This document shows positions 1 through 12,630 of a DNA stretch of 64,000 bases, piece after piece. Under the pieces are notes generated by a model. The model was not told the origin of the DNA and made no database searches. It worked only from the letters and a program-made list of their open reading frames with translations. The stretch comes from Selaginella moellendorffii (Eukaryota > Plantae > Lycopodiophyta), in the NCBI RefSeq assembly GCF_000143415.4, contig NW_003314276.1, positions 250,336 through 314,335 of the forward strand, written 5' to 3'. Every line of letters begins with the position of its first letter. Position 1 is the first letter of the stretch. The translations under genes were made by a program, and so were the position numbers.

Positions 1-1744
1 ACCCTGTAGACCATCACATTGACCATAGTTAACCAAGTTGATTGATGGTTTTGGTGAAAATATCTAAGCCTTATTGATAGCACCAGTTAATGTGTAAGTG
101 ACTAATTTTTCCATTTTACTTTAGTCACTTAACCAAATCTTTGACCATTTGGAGGAGTCTCATTCATAACCTCCATAAATCTAATTCTTGACTTGGGCAC
201 ATGAATACCACCTATGCCACTCCACCTTTACACTAGGTCCAAATGCTCCATGTGTCCAATCTTATGACTGACACCCAAAGGTATCACCAACATATCAACC
301 CATTACACTAAAGCCAGGCCCATTCACCCTTGTCACATCAGTAATCCAAGAGCACATGCATCATAGTCCCATCTCTTAAAAATTGAGCCTTGAGTGGTCA
401 TCTCTTAACTACACCTTAGCACCCTTAGGATGCTCGAAGACGCAAGGAACACCCTTCCCCAATGTCCCTTCTTTAGTTCCCACTAAATCCTTCATCCACA
501 ACTGTGCTTGCAAACACCATCACTGGGTCAGGGTATAAAGGCCCGACTGCTAAGTCCCACTAACCTCTAGGACTTCCTCACCATGTGATTGTATCTTGGT
601 CACACTAAACAAGAGGATTTCTTCCTTTCCACACTTTGGAACTTTAAGACAACATTTTGAAACCCTGTTGCCCTATACGGGCCTTATGAATACTCTCCCC
701 ACTTTCCACCTTTAGATATCCTAGTCATATGGCTAGAGTGAGGTTTTGATGAGCTACGCTAGGTAACCAAATGTAAGTGACTAATTTTTTCATCCTACTT
801 TAGCCACTTAACCACATTTGACCTCTTGGAGGAGTCTCACTCACAACCTCCATAAATCCTATTCTAGACTTGGGGCTTGCTATCCCCGAGAATGGCATTC
901 CTGATGCTCAACCTTTGCACTTGGTCCAAGTGCTCAACGTATCTGGTCCCAAGACTGACACCCCAAGGTACCACCAACATACCAGCCTGTTACGCTAAAG
1001 CCATGCCCATTCACTTTGGTCACACTAGTGGTCCAACACCACCTACATTGCAGTCCCATCTCTCAACAACTAGGCCATCCATCCAAGAGTGACCATCCAA
1101 GATCCACTCCTTAGCATCCTTAAGATGCCTGCAGACAGGGGGAACCACGTTCCCCAATATCCCTTTTACAGTCTCCACCAAGTCCCTTTTCTGTCCATGG
1201 CCGAGTTTGCCTACACTGCTACTGGGACAAGGCCCACAGGCCTGACCACTAAGTCCCACTGTCCTCTGGGACTTTCTCACCACATGACCATATCCTTCGT
1301 CACCACATCAGAAGACTACTCCTCTTCCATTTTACAATTTGGGACTTTGGGACAACATTTCAGAATACCATGGCCTTACGCAAGCCTTGTGGGTACTTTC
1401 CCCACTTTCCGCCTTTGTGTGCTCTAGCCATGGGCTTAGAGCGAGGTTCCATTGAGCCACACTAGGTATCCAAGTAGGTAGTGCCACCCACACTTGGACT
1501 GGGAGCATTGATCATTCGATCTCCTGGGGGAACTAGAGCTGGCTCTTGGACACTTTACCAAGCTACCCCACTTGACAGTCTGTATTCACTCTAGCCTTCG
1601 ATCTCCCAGTGGTTATCCCATCACCCAACACCTAGGTACAGCCTTTCTGGGCCAAACTGGCTCCACTGGAGTCCTCCCCCTACTAAATTTTTGGAGCTCA
1701 CCAAACCCCCCAGAGTCTAGGAGACGAACGCTTTGGGCTTTCAC

Positions 1745-2205
1745 ACTCAAATTCGGACTCGGACTCAGACTCGGACTTAGACTTGGACTTGGACTCAGAC
1801 TCAGACTTGGACTCAGACTCGGACTCGGACTCGGACTCGGACTTAGACTCGGACTCGGACTCGAACTCGGACTCGGACTCAGACTCGGACTCGTACTCGG
1901 CCTCGGTCTCAGTCCCGGTCTCAGTCTCGGTCCCGGTCCCGATCCCGGTTCCGGTCTCGGTCTCGGTCTCAACCTCAGACTCCATGTTGGGTCCTTCTCA
2001 GAGTCCATCTCGGACTCCAACTCAGTCCATCTCAGACTCCATCTCGGGTCCATCTCAGACTCCATCTTGGGTCCATCTCGGACTCCATCTCGGTCCATCT
2101 CGAACTCCATCTCGGGTCCATCTTGGCCTCCATCTCAGACTCCATTTCGGGTCCATCTCAAACTCCATCTTGGACTCCATCTCGGGTCCATCTCAAACTC
2201 CACCA
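1745..2205. repeat. Compound microsatellite inside family-C LTR: (GACTCG)n, (GGTCYC)n, (GACTCCATCTCG)n
   Basis: Visible hexamer and dodecamer arrays. The same array recurs at ~4600-5010, 15690-15900, 16370-16800 and 18910-19290. Confidence 0.95.
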
Positions 2206-4373
2206 TGTGTCATGTGTTGGTCCTCTTGTGTCCCTTTTCTAGAGACTCTTATTGCTCACTCCATGCTCATTCCTTGAGCACTCCATTGGGAGTCTCACTC
2301 TCACTCTTGACCTTTCAAGTCGGAGCTTTTAGTCCAAACGTGTTATGCTCGTTTGGCTTTTGCTTTAGCCACTACCATATGGCACCTTTTTAGCTCCACT
2401 TTGGGGCTTAGGGATTTGTGTCTCACAACTCCACCACCCATAAATGAAGTTTGATGTCTTCATCGAATGATAAACCATTTTATAAAGTAACATCAGCATG
2501 TATTACGTTTTCCATCCTTGGCACCTAGCCAATATTCGTCAATGGTTTGATACCGAAGGCTCGCCATGCCTTGTCCAACCTCTAAGGAGCATAGTGTCTC
2601 CAGCATAGACACTCATTTGACCACCTTATGTGGTACTCTCCCTTTTATTGGTTTAGCTCTTGCTAAACCCATTAGACACACCTTCTCTAGCTCAATCCCA
2701 CTACTTTTATTGACTTCTCAAATTCTATTGACATAACAAGTTCAACTTGGAATTTTTAATTTTGACTTTTCGAAGTCAATTTCCTTGGTGTCTCTGACAC
2801 TTTTCATTGCACATATTGTGCAACTTCACTTCTCCATCCTAGGAAGTTCTCCATTTGAGGGCACCATCATCCTCTTTTCTATTTTGTGCCACCTTTGGCA
2901 CCAAGTTCCAGCTATCGTAAGTTGTGCTAGAGTTGTCTATAGCCTATCATTTGACTACTTTGCCGTTCCCTCCTTTAGAGCTTTCACCTTTGCCAACTTG
3001 GAGCATTTAGGAATCCATCTTTGGAAGCACACTTTCTTTCTCACAATCTATTAGCATCTAACAAATTAGTGTTTCATGCCTAACTTTGCCATTTATATTC
3101 CTTCCAATGAACTTTATGGCCCACACTTGGCCACTATTTTTTTTCTTTTATCAGTTGATTGTTGCACTTAGCAACATAGGATTCCTACCTCCATTTTCAA
3201 GGTATCCTTTTGGTTCCATGGCAAAGGCTTTACTTTGCTAAGTCTAGAGAGTGCTCACCCCTAGTAGGTCTCTTTAGCATTTTTTGTTACGGGCTCTGTA
3301 CACGGCCCAACTTTGCAACCCTCCCATGGGTCTCTCCCAGAGACTATTTTTTTGGACTTACTATACCATTGTATTGGCACAACTGATTTCCCTTTAAGTG
3401 TCCTTCCCACTTGGTCACCTTAACCAAGTCACACCCTTATTAATAGTTCAAATCAACACTTTGAACTAAGAAACATATTCCTTAACCTAAACAAAGACTT
3501 TATCCTTGTTTAGCCATAAGATCACCTAGTGATCTCATCTTGACTTCTTAACAAGTCTACCAATAGTAACTAGGTTTGGATTTGTTCCTCTGACTTGCCA
3601 CTCTTGCTTAGCAAGTCGTCCGACCAATGTAATATGGTTTTATGCATAAGTGTGAAAGTCCTTGACCATCGACTTTCATTCAAAGTCATCCCTTTTAACA
3701 CTCAAGAACTACTTCCCCAACCTTGATAGCATTGCATTATAACAAGCTTCAAGACCACACTTTTTTGTGCCACTTTGATTTCGCGTGTTCTATGAACCAT
3801 TTACACTTGGCTTTCTAGATACTACGCTACCTAGAATTGTCTTTGAGAACCTTGAAGGAACTCTGTCCCTTAGCTTGTTAAGGCCTTTCCTTTCTTAAGC
3901 TTTCTAATTACCATATGGTCTAACATGGACAATTCCATGCCTTAGACTCTCTATGGCACCACGGTTGTTAATAATAACATGCTCAAGCGCCCACTTGATT
4001 CTCCACTCCCAACTGATATAACCACCCTTGGTTATACTTTTCAAATTCCTATGGTTTAGTTCTATCCCTTTACCACTTGCTTTTGGCCTCACACATTTCC
4101 TTCAGTTATTCACCTCCAAACTAGGAGAATAGCTTTGCACTTTCTACCATGCCTTAACAAGTATTCTTAGGGATGAACGTACCCGATAGCCTAGGGAGTG
4201 GTTCCTCAATCTGGGTATGCTCACCTTATAATCCCACACATTAGGATTAATGTTGCTACATATAGGCCTTTATATACCCATCACTTATCTTGCCAAAATC
4301 CCATTTTTCACTTTGTCCAATATGGGTAAACGAACTTCTCTTGTCTCTGCAACCTTAGACATTTGGATAGCAC

Positions 4374-6003
4374 TGTGAGACACAAAATCCCTAGGCCCCA
4401 AAGTGGAGCTGGAAGGGTGCCACGTGGTAGTGGCCGAAGCAAAAGCCAAACAAGTGTAACACGTTTGGACTAAAAGCTCCGACTTGAAAGGTCGAGAGCG
4501 GGAGTGGAACTCCCAACAAAGTGCTCGAGGAACAAGCACAAAGTGAGCAATAAGCAAGGCTCCAAAAAGGGACCCAAAAAGGACCAACACATGACACGTG
4601 GAAGTGTCCGAGGTGGAGTCCGATATGGAGTCCGAGATGGAGTCCGAGATGGAGTCCGACATGGAGTCCGAAGTGGAGTCTGAGATGGAGTCCGAGATGG
4701 ACCAAGACGGAGTCCGAGATGGAGTCCGAGATGGACCCGAGATGGAGTTCGAGATGGAGTCCGAGATGGACCAAGATGGAGTCCGAGATGGAGTCCGAGA
4801 TGGACCCGAGATGGAATCCGAGATGGAGTCCAAGAAGGACCCAAGATGTAGTCTGAGGTCGAGACCGAGACCGGGACCGAGACCGAGACCGAGACCGGGA
4901 CCGAGACCGGGACCGAGACCGAGACCGAGGCGGAGGCCGAGAGCGAGCCCGAGTCCGAGTCCGAGTCCAAGTCCGAGTCTGAGTTCGAGTCCGAGTTCGA
5001 GTCTGAGAGGGTGAAAGCCCAAAGCGTTCGTCTCCTAGACCCTGGGGGGTTTGGTGAGCTCCAAAAGTATAGTAAGGGGGAGGACTGCAGTGGAGCCAGT
5101 TTGGCCAGGAAAGGCCAGTTTGGCCTAGGAAGGCCAGACCCAGTGTTGGGTGATGAACTGACCACTGGGAAGTCCAAGACTAGAGTGAATACAGACCGAC
5201 AAGCGGGGTAGCTTGGTGAAGTGTTCAAGAGCCGGCTCTAGTTCCCCCGGGAGATCGACTGGCCGATGCTCCCAGTCCAAGTGTGGGTGGCACTACCTAC
5301 TTGGATACCAGGCATGGCTCAACGGAACCTCGCTCTAAGCCCATGGCTAGAGCACCTAAAGGCGAAAGGCGGGGAGAGTACCCAGGTGGCTCGCGTAAGG
5401 CCACGGTGTTCCGGAATGTTGTCCCAAAGGCCTAGACTGTGGAAAGGAAGAGGAGCAGTCCTCTGGGGTAGTGACCAAGGACACAGTCGTGTGGTGAGGA
5501 AGTCCCAGAGGACCGTGGGACTTAGTGGTCGGGCCGGTGGGCCTCGATCCAATGGTAGTGTTGGTGAACACGGCCGTGGGCAGAAAGGGACTTGGTGGGA
5601 ACCAGAAAAGGGATATTGGGGAAGGCTATTCCCCTTGTCTGTGGGCACCCGAAGGATGCTAAGGAGTGGATCTGGAATGATCACTCATGGACGGATGGTC
5701 CAGTCCTTGAGAGATGAGATTGTGATACAGGTGGTGTTAGACCACCGGTATGACCAAGGTAAAGGGGCATGGCCTTAGCGTAATGGGCTAGTATGTCGGT
5801 GGTACCTTGGGGTGTTGGTCTTGGGACCGGACACATGGAGCACTTGGACTAAGTGCAAGGGATGAGTGGCATGGATGCCATTCTCGGGGCTAGTAAGTCC
5901 CAAGCTCTGAATTGGACTTAAGGAGGTTGTGAGTGAGACTCCTCCAAGTGGTCGAAGGTGTGGTTAAGTGACTAAAATAGAATGGAAAAATTATTCGCTT
6001 ACA
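4374..6003 (+). mobile_element. Family-C solo LTR (1630 bp), opposite orientation to its host element
   Basis: TGTGAGACAC...TTCGCTTACA; reverse-complement homologue of 772-2427; TSD AGCAC/AACAC. Confidence 0.85.
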
Positions 6004-7641
6004 AACACCTCCTATCTATCATTCGTTAAGGATTTAATCCCTTGGGCCTTATTTATTGCCCTCGCGACATCAAACACCACCTCTTAGTGTTCTAGAGTGT
6101 TTAGGTGTCATAATGATGGCCTATTTAACAATGAGCATTCCCTTTTATGATATTGACTTACTATATCACAACATAAGCAATTTATCCTCCATAAGAGTAT
6201 ATCTAACTTCCTTATGCCATTAAGAAGTCTTGGGTAGCTACCCTCTACCAGTTTAACAAATTATTTTGCAACTTTTCTTTAGTTGCCTCATAGTTGTTAA
6301 GTCCAACAACTCATTGCTAATGCTTCCACACCTCCATCATTATCTGGGTCACCACACTCCAATTGTATGCCTTCCAACTTAGGTTATGCCATTCCCATTT
6401 CCATTAGAATTCCTTTGAGAAGGGGGTTCTCGTGAACCCACCAACTTGACCTCAAAGTATTACACCTTGGCATATTTGGTGTTTCCCCATGTCGCGCATG
6501 TGACTTCGGGTATCGAAAGTTACCTGTCGGCTAGTCCTTACGGACACTCTTACCTTACTGCCACGATGGCAGGAGGTCGGTATTGCTGGACCCATTATCA
6601 GTTTCCACCTAAGCTAGTTGAGAAACTGGTCATCACATGTGCACTTAGACCGGAAGGGCACTAAGGAAGGAAATCCTAAGTTGTCATTTAGTCAAGCAGA
6701 CTTGACACGGTGATGAGAAACTCATGATGTTGGCTTGCACTTGCTAGTGTTAGGAACCCCCGCGATATTGAGATTGGTCCCTCAATATTCGCTAGATGAT
6801 AGCTTACCGTGTCTGCCAAACACCCTCGCTATCATGCCCTTTGTGTTAGTCTCATTTCGGTCCCAAATACTATTTATGGAAAGTGTCTAGATTTGCTCAT
6901 TTGGCATATCTACGGAATGTAGAGATCGGCCTGAACACAATGGTGTTCGTCCCGTGTCCAAATTCACAATCTAAGGACATTCCATATTTAGTAAGTTTCG
7001 AGTTTGTCCCAGAGACTAACTCCTGATACTAAGGGAGGCTTGGGGTGAAAGCCCAAAGCGTGTGTTCCTCAAGGGGGGGGGGCTATGGGGGGTTCCAAAT
7101 GTATAGTAGGGATAGTGGGTAGGTCGGGCATGGCCGACCAACCTGAGGCATAGTCTAGCTCCCGCTTGCGTGCCTGTCCTTGTTCTGCGTCCGGCTTGGG
7201 TCTAAGCCCAAGTTCCATTCCATGCTAGTTGGTGGAGTACCCATATCCTCACGTTAGGCCACCGGTATGCCGAAATAGCGCCAGACTCCGTTTGGCTCCG
7301 TTTTGCGTGCTGGTCCTGGCATTGGTATGCTGGTTGCTCCAGGACTGTTCCAAGTCACTCCGGGCTCCTGTCCCTTCGCTCCTTGGGCTATATGCTCGGG
7401 AGTTGCTCCGTGGTCCGGTTTCATCACTCCTTGGCGTCACGCTTGGGAGTTTGGCACCGTTCCTTCGTTCAGTGGCCCAAGGCCCTGAACCTCGGGTTCC
7501 TATGGACACGTGGCACGGACACGTGGTATGTGACACATGGCATCTGTCACGTGGCACAAAGAGGGTTTAGGTTCCGCTTCGTGGTGTTATCCTATGGTAA
7601 ATCACCATAGGATAAAGGGTCAAAACCACGTGCGCTACATT

Positions 7642-7652
7642 TGGTATCAGAG
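7642..7652 (+). promoter_or_regulatory. Primer binding site (initiator Met tRNA)
   Basis: TGGTATCAGAG, 2 nt after the 5' LTR; canonical plant tRNAiMet PBS. Confidence 0.9.
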
Positions 7653-10600
7653 AATGAGTCTCAGTGAGTACTATTCAATGAGATTGGGCAACTAGTCTCG
7701 TTGCATACGCAGAGATGAAAACGATGATCCGAGTGGGTACACGTTTTGGTGCAAAGACTTCGCATTGGTTCCTTGGGATAGGTTTTGGTTACCTCTGTGT
7801 TTCATAATATGTGAGCTTGTGCTTGGGCTCATAGGATGGTTTGGAGATGTTCCGTTTGCACGAGTTTGAGCTTGAGGTCGTGAGTGAGGCACATTAGCAA
7901 CTCGAGGTTACACTTTGAGTTGGCAGGATTAATGTTAGCCTATCAGTGGTTCCATGAGTTGTTCCATGTACCATAGGTGCAAATAAACTTTCCCTGAGTT
8001 TGTTATGAGTGGCAAATAGGCTGGTCCGTAGCTATTTAGCACGGCACTAGTGGATCCTTCCTAGGCATGATTATAATTGGATCAGTCAAGACTGTAGGGA
8101 ATAGTCTATTGGTTCAAGTAATCATTGCCGTGCTCTCTCATAAACTTTTCTTGGATTGAACTGAAGGCAGTGCGAAAGCAAGCTTGAGGTTTGGTCAAAG
8201 ATGAGACCGAAAAGAGAGTCATCGGGGACGGAGGATCAAATACGTAAATCATTTTCTCTTCTTGGAGAGATGATTTGCAACGAGGTGTTAACTCATTGCT
8301 TGTGTTCACATCATGCAATCAAGAGTCCCTATCTTGATGCATGTTGGAGATGGTGGTTTTACAATAGTGAGTTATGGGATGGATAGTGGTGAAACACTAA
8401 ACCATTTTATCTAGGCTCGCTATTGGAAGACTTGGGTTGCAATGCTCAATTCTTTTCCGGGGAACCTTGCTATTGCTCCTTGAGTAGCTTGGTGTTGGAT
8501 TAGTGTTGAGTTTGGTCGGAAAGAGAGTGGCATGAGCTTGTCCGTGTTGTGAACGAAAGTTAGTGGTGTTGGGTGTCGTAAACCTCTATTGGTGGAGTGT
8601 GGCATTTATGTTGCATTTTGTCGAATCGAGTTGGCATTTGATACTCACATAAACATTTGAAGTAATGACATAGGCATTGCTCATTGCGTTACTCAATTGA
8701 TGATCAAGTCATTGTGATGCTTATATCATATCCATGTGATAAAGAGTAATGCGTTTACGAAGTTGCTTGAGTAAATGATGATCAACCCCAAAGTGGTTGA
8801 TGGAGAAGCTAGTCTACTTGCACGAAGTAGCATTGTAGTAGCTTTGACTGGATTCTCAATGGTGGTCCATTATGCTAAGCTTAAGTTGGTACCTTGTTTC
8901 CTTAAGTTTGCCCATTAGGTGTTGGTAAAAAGAGTTATAGCATTCACTAGCTATGGCTTGTTGGTTGATCCATTAACACTTGGAGTAGATTGTTGGATAG
9001 AGAAGATGTGTAGTTGGGGCATTGACATCACTAACACTTGTGTTAGTGAAAGTGGCATTGTTATTTTAAGTGATGAGGAATTTTCCTTGGACCTTGATTT
9101 TCCATGTCATTTTTCTTGTTAGTGTTTTGGCTTCACATTGGATTTTGAAGGTAATCGAAGAAGAGTGTTAGTGCAATGTGGATATCCGAAGATGTGGTCT
9201 TCGTGATCAAGCCTTGGATGTTCCATTTGCATTTTACGGATGTCGGAGTTGGATGTCGAAAGGATGGGCAAAAAGATATTCGATGCTTAAGCATATTATT
9301 GGTCATGAGAATTTGTGTTGAGGTGAACCTATGTGAAGTCGTTAGTAGGAGGAAGTTGGTTGAGTCTTGAAAGTTTGCAATCCTGGACTGAGAGTCATTC
9401 TTTCTCTAGGATGGGAAATTTTCCACAAATTTTCTTAGACTTTTCCAATAGCTGGTCTATTGATCATTTTGTCCGAAAACCATTCCGTTTTCGAAAGCCA
9501 ATACAAACTAGTGAAGGGTTGGAGTTGACTTCGGTTGGCTTAGATCTTAGTAAGTAGTTTGTATGATACGACCCGAAAGGGATGCTGACTTTTGGGGCTA
9601 AGACAATTGAGTTGGATAGAGTTTGGAGTTAGTGTAGAAAAGTGGCCGTTGCACTTTTCTAAGAAGGGTGACTCTTGTGCCTTTCTTTTGTAGCATTATG
9701 CTCGGTGGCAAGTTGCACCTTGCATTTTGTTAAGACTCTATGAGAGTAGTGAGCTCTCACTGATCTTGACTTGGTCTTGGTGGCCCTGCGCCTTGGCTGA
9801 GGATGGTGATGTCCAACTTAGTTGTTTGAGGTTGAGATGTTGGTACCCGTACTATAGCTTTGTCTATGAGGAGGTTGTGTACCGATATAGATCCATCTCA
9901 TGGTCTTCACTTTAGTTTCAGCTGAGTGTTGATCATGCATAGCTAGCCTCTTCAAAGCATGCTCAGAGCTATTGACTAAATGCATTAGTGAGCTTATTGC
10001 GGTTGAGTTGGATTCGAGTGGTCATTTAGTTTGTGCTTGTCTATGAACTTTTATCTCGTACCTGGGGTATTATGTTCATGTTGGACAAGTATATAACTCG
10101 ATGACATGAGTTAGTGTTCGGGTCTTGTGAAGGCAAGTTGAAGGGCAATTGTTAGTTGCTTTGCGATTAGTGATTACTTGTAGACTTTGTCAAAAAGACT
10201 GTTGATACTTGCTTTGCTCGATGATAATTTAGCAGTGATGGGCTTGCTTTACCGGATGGTGTTGCGGAGGATCGTGTCGTTAGACTTACATGAGTTTTTC
10301 ATGTTGGCATGTCGACTCTACCTCTGTTGATATCATTTGGTTACATTTCGTCCGTAGTGTTAGATTTCATTGAGTCTTGGACGTGGTGATTCACTCCTTG
10401 ATGATGTGTTATCTGTCACTAAGTTTTGCTAAAGGATTGGTCTCGGATACTAAGTATAGTATCTTCAACTTTGGTTAGCTTGGTTGCTGGAAAGCTCCGA
10501 GTGGTGATTCACTCTTGCTTTCTTCTAGCTTTGTCCTGATGTTGATGGTATTGAAGTGATGCCTTGTCATTGATATTGTTGATATTGAGACTTGAGTGAA

Positions 10601-12617
10601 ATGAAATGTCTTTCCTTATGATTGATATTGAGTTTCATTAGTCTTGATGAAAAGTGTTGGTGATTTGGCTTTAGCTTTGTGTTATTGGCATTTGTGCATT
10701 TGCTAGTTAGCAACTGTGTTGACGTTCAAATGAACTGAGTGGCAAGTTGAGTTAGTTGTGTTCTAGATGAGATTGTTTAGTAAGGGTTAAGCTTTGGCTT
10801 TTCCTTGAAAAGTGATTTAGTCGTGGACTATGCTAACTTTACGAGATGATGTGTTAGTGATTGATATTGAAGTGATTGAATCCTTGTTGGGTTTGAATTG
10901 AGATATATCAATCATTGATGATTCATCTTGCGCTTGTTATGAAGTGCATTACGTCTTGCTATAGATGGATTCATGGAGGATCGATTAGATGATCACTTGT
11001 TAAAGCATAGCTTCGTTATGCTTAGCTTTTGGATTGATGCAGAAATGCTCTTCATTAGCTTTGGCATTATGAAGTTTGGCTTATGGATGTGTTGAGGAAG
11101 ATATTGTGGGTTGCACCATGATTTCTTCTTTAGCATTGAAGTTAGCTTTTATGAGACTCGTGATCATTATTAGGCAAGACTTAGTTATAGGCTTCTTCGA
11201 GCTTTTGGTTCTTGAGTTTTGTGCTCATTGTTCCATTTGTTAGAAGTTGTTGGGGAAGGCATTTTGGCTCATTAGCTTCGATGTTGAAGTTGGTTTTTGC
11301 ATCTCGCAATCATTGGTGATGATTGACTATCATCTAGGGTAGTTGATTGTCCTTATCACAAGTTTTGCTTGATTATTGTTGGTTTGGAATTATTTGCTAT
11401 TCTTCGGGATGGTAGATTCTTTCTTCAACGATGATTATACATCACTACATTGATGGGCTGATTAACGATCTTTCATGATAGTTAGTTGTTCTCTTTGATG
11501 GCTTTTGGCTTTTCGCAATACCACATGTTTTTTGTGGTTTGCTCTGGATTGGTCTCTTGGGTTTGAGCCATCAGTCGGATGTTGCTGACACTTGCTTAGG
11601 CAACTTGAGTTCCTTGGTGTTATTGGCTGGGATCTATCTGGATTGGCTAGTGCGATGATTGGCATGAACACTATATTTGTTTGCTTTGCAACATTCATTT
11701 TGTTCTGTTGATTATTGCTTGAGTTAGTTTTGATATATTTGGATGTTATTTCCTTTGGGTGATACATTCGCGAGCATTTTGCTTGTCAGTCAATGATACT
11801 TTGTGTTCTTTGAGTTATCTTTCGTAAGTTGTTTAGCATTCTGTCTGCAATCTTTAATAGTTAAACTTTATCATTGAGTTTACTTAATGATATACTTGCT
11901 ATTGAATTTTGTTTAATGGTGAATCCTATGTTTACCAATTATGCTGATCTTGGTTGTTCTTATACTATAATACTAGTTTATCGGATGATAACTTACTTGG
12001 AATACTTTTGTGTTCTAATCTAAGCTTTATTCACTGATAATTAAATCTCTAAAAATATCATTGTCTATGACTTTGATATTGTCCATCTATTGATCTTTGA
12101 GTTTGGGCCAGTAATGGGTAGACTGGCTTCGGCACTTCGTGTGCATGGTGAAATCTCTAGTCATGGGGTAGCTACTGTCGACTGGTCACATAACCCGCCT
12201 CTTTGTCGATGTTCCTTATTCCGTTGAAAGGGCGTGACCGTGTAAACAACTCTAAACTGCCTGTTTACAGTAGTCTATCTAAACCTTACCGACGGGTTTG
12301 GTTTCTTTGCTTAGGAGGGTTGGGGCCTCTGGCTTCTCTCTCTATGTTCCTGCGGGCAGGGGCATATCACACTTTTGTAAGCTGGGTGACTCCCAGAGCA
12401 GCAAGGGTGGCTGATTCCATTGGTCATTTCCTTGTCGGCGACGGCCGGAAGGTGTCTAAGCTGGTAGCGCATCCGCGTTAGACAAAGAGGTTTCCCCCTA
12501 ACTCATTTAAGTTGGTGCATTTCTCACATAGTGTGAGTACTGTGAACTTTTTATGGAGTTGTTTGCTTGGCGGTATTCTAGACTCGAGTATGCATCGACG
12601 AGGACGTCGATCTTCCC

Positions 12618-12630
12618 AAGGGGGGGAGAG
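12618..12630 (+). promoter_or_regulatory. Polypurine tract
   Basis: AAGGGGGGGAGAG directly before the 3' LTR, preceded by hairpin ATCGACG-AGGA-CGTCGAT (12594-12611). Confidence 0.9.

Noticed and set aside
1572-5228. Long ORFs encoding SD/ES/GL/RP repeats (also near 15.7, 18.8-19.3, 25.4, 43.2 and 58 kb)
   Set aside because: Open in several frames on both strands because stop-free hexamer microsatellites lie inside LTRs; not proteins.
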